Positions 28,433-40,098 of a stretch of 64,000 nt of DNA are shown here, in pieces (position 1 is the stretch's first letter; every line of letters starts with the position of its first letter). The stretch covers positions 40,424,001-40,488,000 of the forward strand of contig OZ024741.1 of assembly GCA_964016885.1 (NCBI GenBank). Reading direction: 5' to 3'. The translations under genes were made by a program, and so were the position numbers. Below the pieces are notes generated by a model. The model was not told where the DNA came from. It worked only from the letters and a program-made list of their open reading frames with translations, and did no database searches. Source of the DNA: Eledone cirrhosa. Its lineage: Eukaryota.

Positions 28433-29358
28433 CCACCACACCATTACAACTACCACCACCACCAACAACAACAACAACAACAACAACAACACCACTACCA
28501 CCACTATACCATCACCACTACCACCACCACCACCATACCACCATCAGCACTACCACCACCACTACCACCACCATCAACACCACCACAAAAACCTCCACCA
28601 CCACCACCCCCAACATCACTAACATCAACACCACCACTACCACCACCAACACCACCACCACTATAACACCACCAATATCACCACCAATACCACCACCAAC
28701 ACCATTACCACCATCACCACCATCAACACCACCACTCCCACCACTATAACACCACCAATATCACAACCATCACCACCATCACCACCATCAACACCACCCC
28801 TCCCACCACCACCACCACCACCACCACCACTCCCACCACCACCACCATACCACCATCAGCACTACCACTACTATCACCACCACCACCATACCACCATCAC
28901 CACTACCACTACTATCACCACCACCACCATACCACCATCACCACTACCACTACTATCACCACCACCACCATACCACCATCACCACTACCACTACTATCAC
29001 CACCACCACCATACCACCATCACCACTACCACTACTATCACCACCACCACCATACCACTACTATCACCACCACCACCATACCACCATCACCACTACCACT
29101 ACTATCACCACCACCACCATACCTCCATCACCACTACCACTACCATCACCACCACCACCATACCACCATCACCACTACCACTACTATCACCACCACCACC
29201 ATACCACCATCACCACTACCACTACTATCACCAACAACACCACCACAAAATCCACCACCACCATCAACACCACCACAAAAACCACCACTACCACCATCAC
29301 CATCAACACCACCACCACCACCACCATCACCACCACCGCCACCACCACCACCATCACT
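28432..29358. repeat. (CAC/TAC/CAA)n array containing a 41-bp higher-order unit (~28860-29230)
   Basis: caccaccaccaccataccaccatcaccactaccactactat repeats with period 41. Confidence 0.9.
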
Positions 29359-29661
29359 ATATATCCCTCTATTATCCGCTCCATTTCACCTTGTTATTCG
29401 GCCGTTGCACAGCATTTCTTCAATGTGGGCAGAACTGGAGATAAAGTAAAGAATGGTGGGACACACACATATACATACATACACACGTACACACAGACAT
29501 ACACACGTACACACAAACAAACACATATACATACATACACATATACATACATACACACATATACACAGACATACACACACACATACATACACATACAGAT
29601 ACAGATACATGAGGGACACATCAATACACACACACATATATATATATATACATATATATAT

Positions 29662-29714
<53 letters not shown>

Positions 29715-30328
29715 TATATACACATATATATACACACACAGAGACATATATACACATACACACACATACACACAGACATACACACAGCCATACACACGTA
29801 CACATACACACGAACACACATATAGACATACCCACACGCATACACATACTGGCATACATACACGCACAAGCACACACACGCATACACATACACACACACT
29901 CACACAGACACACACTCACACACACACACATATATATATATTATATACATACACTCACACATACACGTACACACACGTCCGCGCGCATATATATACAGCA
30001 GATAGAGAGGTGGGAAGAAAAGGAGGAGGAAGGGGAGGAGGTGGACGAGAAGAAGAAGAAGAAGAAGAAGAAGAAGAAGAAGAAGAAGAAGAAGAAGAAG
30101 AAGGACAATCATGACGACGATAATGAGATGATAAAGAAGAAAAATGAGCGGGAGGAAGGGAGAGAGAAGGGGAAAGGTGAAAGGGATCCCCGAAATCCAA
30201 GTTTCCATCGGTTAAAAATAGACAAAAAATGTGTTTGGTCAGTCAGGGAGACAAACAAACAGATCACAGGATTATTTTCAGTCATCAGACTGCGACCACA
30301 CTGGAGCACAAATTTAAGTAATTTTCTC

Positions 30329-30383
<55 letters not shown>

Positions 30384-30927
30384 CAGCGAGATTCGTATTT
30401 CGGCTGAGGTCGAAAACAAAGCGAAACGCAATATCTGAGTTATGCTGGCAAACGCTCCATGGACCAAATAAAGTCCAGAGCAATAAACATAGGTTATAAA
30501 GGCCAAACAAACTGAGATGGCGGTAAAGAAGCCATCAACCACCTAAGCCAAAAAGACGAGGCAAGCCAAACAGGTCAAACAAAATAATATAAATATTTAC
30601 CCGGCCCCCTGGAAAAGATGGTATAATCCAGTACAGGGGTTCTGCGACACCTACATGATTTATACTGCCTGCTTAAAATAATAAGCTTTTGGTATAAAGA
30701 TCGAACAAGACTGTCACTTCGTCAACAAGTATTTTGTTCTACGTCAGCATGCTGAATCATGTTGTGGTATGTAGTAGTAAAACCACGTGTGTAGTAGTAA
30801 AACCACGTATTCAAGGGAGAAAACCCCAGATTTTGGCAGATGAATTCAGTAAGTGTAAAATTAAGGCAATAATTGCAAAAAACTGCACAAATCGAATATA
30901 TATATATATATATATATATATGAGGTA

Positions 30928-31015
30928 TCCTCTTGATAAGTCGGCAGACCTCGCAGGGACTCTATATCTTTGATATATTGTTTTTGTTTATGCCACGAAA
31001 CTACGTAGTCGAGGA
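30928..31015 (+). ncRNA. Type I hammerhead, U3-A8 core
   Basis: tcctc TTGATAA g.cggca...tgcca-c GAA ACTACGTAGT C gagga; GUC site ends 31010. Confidence 0.8.
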
Positions 31016-31518
31016 ATTTAGGAACAGTTTAGGTATGATACATTTTATTACTAATTATATCTAAATGTTTCTTCTCTCTTCATAATGTATATTTAACTCT
31101 GATACTGGTTCAGTCTAGTTCAAACTGAATTGGTCTGTCCCAGTCATTCATTGAGCAACATCGGTGAAGTTGGCACCCTTAACTCACAGTTGGGTGCGGA
31201 TGCATTCATGTATATATGTGTGTGTCCGCATGTATCTGTGTGTTTCTAAATATATTAATAACTCCCTCTGGTCGAGCAATCTTTGAAGTGTGGGGACAAC
31301 TGGAAAGCTTCCATTACTCATACTTCTCGCCTTCTTCACTACCTCTTCTACGGCCTCGATATGAATACCCCCTCCGCCTCCGTGGTATTTTCTTCGTGGT
31401 TATAAGAGGCTTAGCTCTGTTTCTCGACCGTTATATCGCGTGACTATCTCCCCCTCCGCCTTTTGGGATTCTTTCTCACGTCGTGTAGACGCGTTCTTGA
31501 GACTAGTAAAATGAGGTA

Positions 31519-31606
31519 TCCTCTTGATAAGTCGGCAGACCTCGCAGGGACTCTATATCTTTGATATATTGTTTTTGTTTATGCCACGAAACTACGTAGT
31601 CGAGGA
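31519..31606 (+). ncRNA. Second copy of the U3-A8 hammerhead
   Basis: Same sequence as 30928-31015; GUC site ends 31601. Confidence 0.8.
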
Positions 31607-31837
31607 ATTTAGGAACAGTTTAGGTATGATACATTTTATTACTAATTATATCTAAATGTTTCTTCTCTCTTCATAATGTATATTTAACTCTGATACTGGT
31701 TCAGTCTAGTTCAAACTGAATTGGTCTGTCCCAGTCATTCATTGAGCAACATCGGTGAAGTTGGCACCCTTAACTCACAGTTGGGTGCGGATGCATTCAT
31801 GTATATATGTGTGTGTCCGCATGTATCTGTGTGTTTC

Positions 31838-31877
<40 letters not shown>

Positions 31878-32379
31878 CTGTAGTACTAAGCTAGCGTTAT
31901 GCGTATTAGAGCTGTATATTAGAGTACTATATGTTTATCAAAGAAAAAATTATTTTGCTGTTACGAAAAATTATTTAATCCTTGTTAGCGAGGCCTCCAT
32001 ATGTTTATTGTTTAGAAATATATAGTATATACTTCCATATATATATATATATATTTACACGCACATACATATATATATTCACTGATCTATCAAGATCGAT
32101 GATGCTGGTATATCATCAAAAGTTATACATCTCTTATGTATTTTATCTGGCGAGGGTATGCTCTGATTTATGTTACACATAAATGTTTGCATCACTGAAA
32201 TATATATAATATCCACGAAATATATATAATGAAATAAATAGTGATGATATAAAGTATATATCTCTCGTTTATTACTATCATTATCACAATACTCCAGATA
32301 AATATTATCTGTTGAGTACTTCGTATCTGTTAAACACATAAATCAGTTGATTACATATCAACTAAGTCTTTAACTCATT

Positions 32380-32428
<49 letters not shown>

Positions 32429-32635
32429 CATATTAGAAAAGGGAAGTAAGGTTCTATACAAAACCGTGGATATACAGAAAAGGTGAAGTTGGAAAAAGCA
32501 CGGAAAATATATTTTAGGGTCTGGTTTTTGGGGGGTTTCTATTTCCTTCTTTGATTCATCAAAGTGACATTATTGAAAAGATGATATTATTGAAAAAATG
32601 GGAGGACAATTCTTTTTAAAAAAAGTTTTATAATG

Positions 32636-32680
32636 TATTACCGGTTTCGATGTATTATTAAAATTCATCTTATCAAATGT
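32636..32680 (-). ncRNA. Minimal hammerhead, U3-A8 core (weak stem I)
   Basis: Minus: TTGATAA gatg...catc GAA ACCGGT A. Confidence 0.55.
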
Positions 32681-33016
32681 TGAGTATTACAATTAAAAAG
32701 AATTAATAGGAATGAAAAACTAAAAATTAAAGATTTAAAATTAAGTGTTGGAGTAAGTTTTTTTCCTATCTTCCTTGCTCAGAAGTGTATATATATATAT
32801 ATATACGTTTAATTTTGGTGGTTTACCACTGGGTAGAACTGGTCATTCTGCAATGTTAACCATGACGTAATATGAGGTGGGCAAGCAATGTAGCAGCATG
32901 CTACATTGTCCGTCTCTGGGTCAAAAGCATAGCACACACTTTTTCCTCTTTGTTTTTCTTTGCTTCTTTCCTTAAAGCTTACCGTCATTCCGTTTGTATA
33001 TATCTATTACGAAATT

Positions 33017-33075
33017 TATACCTGATGAGGTCACTGGGTTCTTACGCAAACTGGCCACTGAAATGTGCATAGTGC
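33017..33075 (+). ncRNA. Type I hammerhead motif
   Basis: tac CTGATGA ggtca...tggcc act GAA ATGTGCAT A gtg. Confidence 0.55.
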
Positions 33076-33138
33076 ATAGTGTTTACAGTAATAAAAAATT
33101 AAGAAAATTCAACATATTTCGCCTCCTCTCATTTCACT

Positions 33139-33225
<87 letters not shown>

Positions 33226-33570
33226 ATTGCCATATATGAGTTCTCTAGTATTCTGGGGATTTAATCAGAGGTAAACACTGTATTTAAGGCCGACTGACGC
33301 AACTTCGAGTGAGTAAGATAGACTCACCTGATCAATGAAACAATTGTTAATACTTGAAGTAAAGCCCCTTGTAGTACAGCCGACCATGTTATTCTTCAAT
33401 CTTTCACTATTATTACTCCAAGTATAACCTACATAGGAATTCTCGCGAACTCGCTGCCTAACTATGGAAACATATTGTTGAGTCACACAACGCCGTACGT
33501 TAAAACTATCCACGACACGGAGTACTCACAACCTCTAACTGGATTACCTATAACGATAACTTGTTATCCC

Positions 33571-33602
<32 letters not shown>

Positions 33603-33608
33603 TGTATG

Positions 33609-33675
<67 letters not shown>

Positions 33676-34276
33676 TTGACTAAATAGTCTCACACTAACG
33701 AATAAATAAATTAAACCGGAGTTTTTCCGTATCTTCCCATTTTCAATCATATAAATATAAATATTCTTCTTAACTCAGTTAATTTAATTTAATTTAACTT
33801 AATATTTATTTACATAAAATACAAAACCAATATCCCTCATAACTCATTAGAACAATTATCTATAACATGATATACCCATCTATTTATTTATTTATTTATT
33901 TATCTATTTATTTATCTACTTATAATAGAAGAAAAATATTATATTATAAACAGATTTTAAACAACTAATAATCGTAAATACACGTACTATTAAGATATAT
34001 ACTTAGAATATATTTCCCTCAAATTAACGTTATATGAGTTTTTATTCATCTTCCCTTTTTTCTTTCTTCTCTCTCTCGCACTATTTTATCCTTCTCCTCT
34101 TCTCTCTCGCTCCATAGTCGTTTAAATAAATGGTTGTTTTTCAATTATTTACATATTCATTTGCATATTTACCCATAAGTTTGAAAAATCCCTAATATAT
34201 TTCCACTATCCAGAGAATATCCAACCGATAAGGTATAATTTTCATGGGTATGTCTCTATTTATGAAACAAACTTTG

Positions 34277-34338
34277 TATTTTATCTGAGGAAAGCGTACC
34301 AATGTGTTTTGGTACCCTTGAAATATATATAATAAAAT
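34277..34338 (+). ncRNA. Hammerhead family H1 copy (CUGAGGA)
   Basis: tattttat CTGAGGA ...gtaccaa/ttggtac... GAAA tatat ATA ataaaata; 8-bp stem I; varies at free position 7. Confidence 0.78.
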
Positions 34339-34459
34339 AAATATGGTTTTATAAATATAGTTTCCATTTATTTAATATCATTGAATATTTACTCCTGTAA
34401 CTTGTTGAGTGCTCTATGTAGGCTACATGTATAGGTGTGTGTGTATATTTATGTATACA

Positions 34460-34508
<49 letters not shown>

Positions 34509-34565
34509 GCATATATATATAAATATATATGTATGTATATATATGTATATATATATGTATGTATA

Positions 34566-34621
<56 letters not shown>

Positions 34622-34675
34622 AACGAGTACTTTGGTGCGTTATGGTCCACCTGGTTCCTTACCACATTTCCTTCG

Positions 34676-34748
<73 letters not shown>

Positions 34749-35315
34749 ATATATATATATATATATTATATATATATATATGTTTGTATATATATATATA
34801 TATGTATGTATATATATATATATATGTGTGTGTGTATGTGTATGTATATATGTTTTTGTATATATGTGTATATATATGTGTATGGATTTACGTATATGTT
34901 TATATGTATGCGTATGTCGATTTTTCATTGCGTGCGTAGAGTTTTTTGTTTTTGCGTTTTTGTGTTTGTACGTATTTATGTGTGTATACACCCCCTTTTT
35001 ATACGTGTCTGTGTATTTGTGTGTACATATTTGAGTGCATATATATCTGTGTATATGTATGTGTATGTATTTATGTTCCTGTTCGTTTTTCTATGTAGAC
35101 GCAAATACGCTTATGTGAGAAAGTATATGTCTACGTACTATTACGTATATGCGCGTGGTTGAGTGTGTGTATGTTTATGTTCTGGATATTTATTTTTATT
35201 TATCATTTTTTTTTTTATTAGCCTATTTCCTTTCTGCCCGTTTTTTCAGCCCCACTTTCATATTTTCTAAATTTTGTTTTTAAATCCATATTTAATAAAA
35301 ACACCATGTTATTTA

Positions 35316-35376
35316 TTCATTCTGACGACTGAAGACAGACATAACATCTGCCTTCAAGAAACCACTGGTAAATGAA
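35316..35376 (+). ncRNA. Type I hammerhead ribozyme (CUGACGA)
   Basis: ttcatt CTGACGA c-tgaag.cag...ctg.cttca-a GAA ACCA-c-TGGT A aatgaa; all three stems pair. Confidence 0.85.
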
Positions 35377-35422
35377 ATAATTATCTTATGTTTGTTTATT
35401 ACAAAACTATATATATATATAT

Positions 35423-35796
35423 ATTATGAAGAGAGAAGAAACATTTAGATATAATTAGTAATAAAATGTATCATACCTAAACTGTTCCTAAATTCCTCGA
35501 CTACGTAGTTTCGTGGCATAAACAAAAACAATATATCAAAGATATAGAGTCCTTGCGAGGTCTGCCGACTTATCAAGAGGATACCTCATTTTACTAGTCT
35601 CAAGAACGCGTCTACACGACGTGAGAAAGAATCCCAAAAGGCGGAGGGGGAGATAGTCACGCGATATAACGGTCGAGAAACAGAGCTAAGCCTCCTATAA
35701 CCACGAAGAAAATACCACGGAGGCGGAGGGGGTATTCATATCGAGGCCGCAGAAGAGATAGTGAAGAAGGCGAGAAGTATGAGTAATGGAAGCTTT

Positions 35797-35799
<3 letters not shown>
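35423..35799 (-). mobile_element. Permuted copy of the 591-bp unit, with hammerhead at 35494-35581
   Basis: Reverse complement of ~31300-31677 with a few substitutions; flanked by (TA)n. Confidence 0.9.
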
Positions 35800-35861
<62 letters not shown>

Positions 35862-36227
35862 GTTACACCTCTATTCTTTTAAATATATATATATATATAT
35901 GCATACATACACATACATAAATATCACATATATATACACTTGTGTGCTTGCGTGTGTGTACCACACAGCCATGCTTACTTCTGTATTTGTTGGGCGCTCT
36001 ACCGGTCTCTGCCAAAAAGTTAATTTAAAAATGATATAGAAATAAAATAAAATGACGGAAAAAAGAAAAGAGTTCTAGTTTTGATTTGAGCACCTTATCT
36101 TAAATACCATTCCATTCCATCCTTTCTGATACCGTCTCATCTTTTTTTTGTTCACTAGCCTCTCCGCCACGCTTGTCAGCCACATCTAATTGCTTGACTG
36201 GTGGCATCCCCCACCTATCTATCTAGT

Positions 36228-36350
36228 CACCCAGCCAGTCAGGCGACCAACCAGCCAGCCAGTCAGGCGACCAACCAGCCAGCCAGCCAGGCGACCAACA
36301 GCCAGCCAGTCAGGCGACCAACAGCCAGCCAGTCAGGCAACCAACCAGCC
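36228..36350. repeat. ~21-bp minisatellite (cagccagtcaggcgaccaac)
   Basis: About 5-6 imperfect copies. Confidence 0.8.
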
Positions 36351-37422
36351 AGCCTGTCAAACACCAGCCTGCCAACTGCACGTGCCACCCACCCAACCAG
36401 CCAGTTACTTTTGCCGGTTAACAGATTGAATGGTTCGTTGAGCAGGCGATAATCGTTTGTTCGGCATTTTTACAGTTGACGAATGCACACGTCACAATTA
36501 CGATTGTGTAGCAATGGTTGCAGTTATGGTGATGGTTGTGTTGGTGGTGGTAGTGGTGGTGGTGGTAGTGGTGGTGAGGATGGTTGTGTTGTTGTTTTAT
36601 TTGTTATTGTTTAACTCCCGACAGGTCAGACATGATCAAGGAGATCTATGATCAAAAGCATTCCACCCTTGACCATCCTGTATTTTCCTTATATACTGAG
36701 GAATCCAGGATCACATTATCCAATGTGTGCCTTTCCAAACATGTTAAAATATGATTTAAAGGAATTTGGTTGTTATTTCTAGCAAGTCGAGTTAGCAAGT
36801 AAAGGATTTTGGTGATGATGGTGGTTAGGATATTAATGGTGCTGGTGTTGATGTTGATGGTGGTATTGGTGTTGATGTTGGTATTGATGTTGATGTTGGT
36901 GAGGTCATGGTGGTTATGATGGTAGGGTGATAGTAGTTATAGTTGTGTCGATGGTATGGACTGTGATAGTACTGGTAGTAGTTGTGTTGGTGGTAGATGT
37001 GGTGGTGCTGTTGATAGTGGTAGCGTGGGAGGGTGTCGATTGTAGTAGGGTGTTTGTCCACGGTGTTCGTGGTTGTGGGGTGGGTGCCCACGATGTATAT
37101 ATTGGTGGTGATGATATTGTGGGTATTGATGGTGGAATCTAAGTATTCCGTAGAAATGTCAATATCACAATGCTCCAGTAGTCACGTGACTGAGGGAGAG
37201 GCCTCGTGGAGAGGAAGGTAAGTGGGGTGGAAAATATGCTCCACGTAATCCGAAAGCTTTGATGATAAGATAGAGTGACGTATGATTTTGTGCAATTTTA
37301 TGACTGTTTCCACAATTGCATCTGAACAGACGCACAAGCGTGAAGATATTGACGCATGCGTACACATGCAATTAGGCACAGACATCACATACCTTGGAAC
37401 GTAAATTCATATACACAGAGAG

Positions 37423-37531
<109 letters not shown>

Positions 37532-37621
37532 GGGGGGGAAGGAGAGAAAGAGATGGAGACAGCGAGAGACATATTATACACACACATATACTCATGCAGA
37601 CACACACACAAATACACACAG

Positions 37622-37654
<33 letters not shown>

Positions 37655-37739
37655 CATGCATATACGTATATATATATATACATATATATATGTGTGTGTG
37701 TGTATATGTTTATATATATATATATGTGTGTGTGTGTGC

Positions 37740-37783
<44 letters not shown>

Positions 37784-37959
37784 GCATGAGTAAGTGTGTA
37801 TGTGAGTGTGTAGGTGTGTATACGTGAGTGTGAGTGAGTATGTGTGTGTGTGAATGAGTGTGTGTTTGTGTGTGTGTGAGTGAATGAGTGTATGTGTATT
37901 TGTGTGTGCGTGTGTATTGTGCGCGTGTGTGTGTATGAATGTGAGTGTGTTTTAGCGTT

Positions 37960-38152
37960 TGGCCGAAGAGTCCAGACATCGCCGAAACTCTCCAGTCACT
38001 TTTATGCACTGAGGCAGTTACTAACATACCCCAATGCCCCAACAATCACAGGTGTCAATCTGAAGGCATAGTCAGGTTGGAGTATCTGCAGATTCCTCAT
38101 TAGTTCTGGATACATGTTCTCCTTTTTGCTAATCTTTAATATTATATTGGCA
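37960..38152 (-). mobile_element. R4/Dong-like LINE 3' fragment
   Basis: KENMYPELMRNLQILQPDYAFRLTPVIVGALGYV, homologous to 56470-56760. Confidence 0.8.
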
Positions 38153-38169
38153 TGTTTGTGTGTATGTAG

Positions 38170-38772
38170 GGGAAAGTTGCTTTTCAAGCATCTCGAATCG
38201 CATACGAGAAGGTAAAAAGGTCCTCCTATGGGCTGACATGCAGCGTCTGTGCAAGACTCCGCCTCAGCAAAGCTGGACTTGAAAGTCATTTTCGCAGTCA
38301 TAAAGTGAAACCAGTGGTTGACTATCAGGCTGCTGGCGGAGATGCTGCTCATTATATCTGTCAAGCATGTGGAAGAGAGTGCAGATCAGCAGGAGGGCTC
38401 AAACGACATGCAAAAGTACATGAAATTCAACCACAGCCGGCTACTGCCAGTGAATGTTTTGGTTGCCGACTTTGTACAAGACATTTTAGATCATTAGCTA
38501 TTAGTCTAAACAGCCACATTTGATCGCAGCACAGTTCATTATTAATATGTCATTTTCTTTGCAGCACAGTTACGTCCCTTTACGGATTGATTTCAAATCC
38601 CGCCGAGGTTAACTTTGCCTTTCATGCTTACGGGGTCGATAAAATAAAGTACCAGTAATGCACTGGGAAATTGCTGGCCTTGTGCCATAAGTAGAAACAA
38701 TTATTAATGTTTTTTTGTTATTTCTTTTTCGTGCAATGGCCATACTCGATAACGAGGGAGCAGCCATCATAT
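38170..38772 (+). mobile_element. RTE-like 3' end with tandem C2H2 fingers, interrupted by SINE S1 (~38560-38705), ending in (TATG)n
   Basis: CSVC...H..H, CQACGRECRSAGGLKRHAKVH, CRLCTRHF; terminus gccatactcgataacgagggagcagcca resembles that of 55766/59412. Confidence 0.65.
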
Positions 38773-39589
38773 ATGTAGGTATGTATGTATGTATTTAAGT
38801 ATGTATGTAGGTATGTATGTATCATTGAGTGGTTAAGATGTTCACCCCCAATCATGAGGTATCTACAGCAACTCTCTTTACCATGGCCGGGTTTAATCCA
38901 CCCATGTGAGGAAAATTGGATATAGGTAGAATCTATTAAGTAGCACTTTAGAAGGATTCTACACTCGGGCCCCTAAATAATAGAGGTGGGTTGAATAAGC
39001 GGAGGGGGGGTGGAATAAACGGCGGTTGGAATATACGGGGGGATAGGAAATTCTGTAATTTTTCTAGGTTGTCACCGTTGTTTTTGGTAAAAACCAGAAT
39101 TAGCCGTTTAGTTTACATATTGAGATCCCCAACCCAACCCATCCTATTTATTTTATAACATATGGCATTTCTAGTATTGAATTTTTTTTGTTATGTATGT
39201 TTTTTGATGTCTAAGGTAAATTGTCAGAGGAATGCTACCACTTAAAATAAAATTTCGCCGGAGATTGATTAGCAAAATTTAACAAGCGGGGAGTTGGAAT
39301 AAGAGCGGTGGAGTTGGAAAGAATCTGAAAAATTAATAAGCGTGGGGGACGGGACAATTATTCCAGTCCCAAGAGTACCCGGATTTCAAAAGACCAGACT
39401 TGTCACATATTTTGTCACGCTGATTCGACATAGGCATTACATTAGGATTTCATATGTCAGCGGGATACTCGACCACATACAGCGTGTTCTCATGAGCTGA
39501 ACTTTCTGTTGGTCAACCTGAATGATTAAAAACAAAAGAACACAGTGTGATTGGAGAAAAAGGTAGACTTTATGTATATAGATAGATAA

Positions 39590-39708
39590 ATTTCTTTATT
39601 TGCCACAAGGGCGTATAAAAATGGGACATTACAAGACGTGACGGCGGGGGTTTTACATAAAATCGTTAACAATAATGGATGACAATAAACTATATATAAA
39701 ATAAAAAT
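39590..39708 (-). mobile_element. Extremely 5'-truncated Tx1-like 3' UTR (subfamily B) between (GATA)n
   Basis: Matches 63270-63385 and 23296-23375. Confidence 0.85.
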
Positions 39709-39853
39709 AGATAGATAGATAGATAGATAGATAAGTAGGTAGGTAGGTAGGTTGATAGAGAGTGAGACAGGGTGGAAGAGAGGTACGTTGGTAGATGGAT
39801 TGATTGACCAACAAACAGACAAGCAGACAGATAGGGATCTAGCTACCTAGCTG

Positions 39854-39884
<31 letters not shown>

Positions 39885-40098
39885 TTCTTTATTTACCATA
39901 AAGGCATAAAAAGAAGGGACAAATACAAAGGGGGAGTTTACATATAATCGAGTAAAAAGGGTGTAACATGAAAATAATCGAAAATAACCTCAAAAGGGAG
40001 GGGACGTGATGGGGGTTGCACACACCCCCGAAAAAGTGTGCAATCCTTTGCCCGGGGAGCACATGGAGAAGGTGCTCCCCTCTCCTTTACTTCTTTAC

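Larger units (their letters stand above)
30920..31846 (+). mobile_element. Retrozyme-like 591-bp tandem unit (1.57 copies) in (TA)n with two hammerheads
   Basis: 30920-31255 repeated at 31511-31846; no coding signal. Confidence 0.88.

Noticed and set aside
30920-31846. LTR retrotransposon or TRIM
   Set aside because: Direct repeats lack TG...CA ends, PBS and PPT, and the 35423 copy has different end points
33265-33513. GIY-YIG-like SYVGYT motif
   Set aside because: Isolated short motif with no supporting domain context
38230-38523. Host C2H2 zinc-finger gene exon
   Set aside because: Contains stops and ends in a retroelement-like terminus shared with 55766/59412
38960-39378. Possible DNA-transposon remnant with degenerate TIRs
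   Set aside because: Terminal match too weak to support by eye
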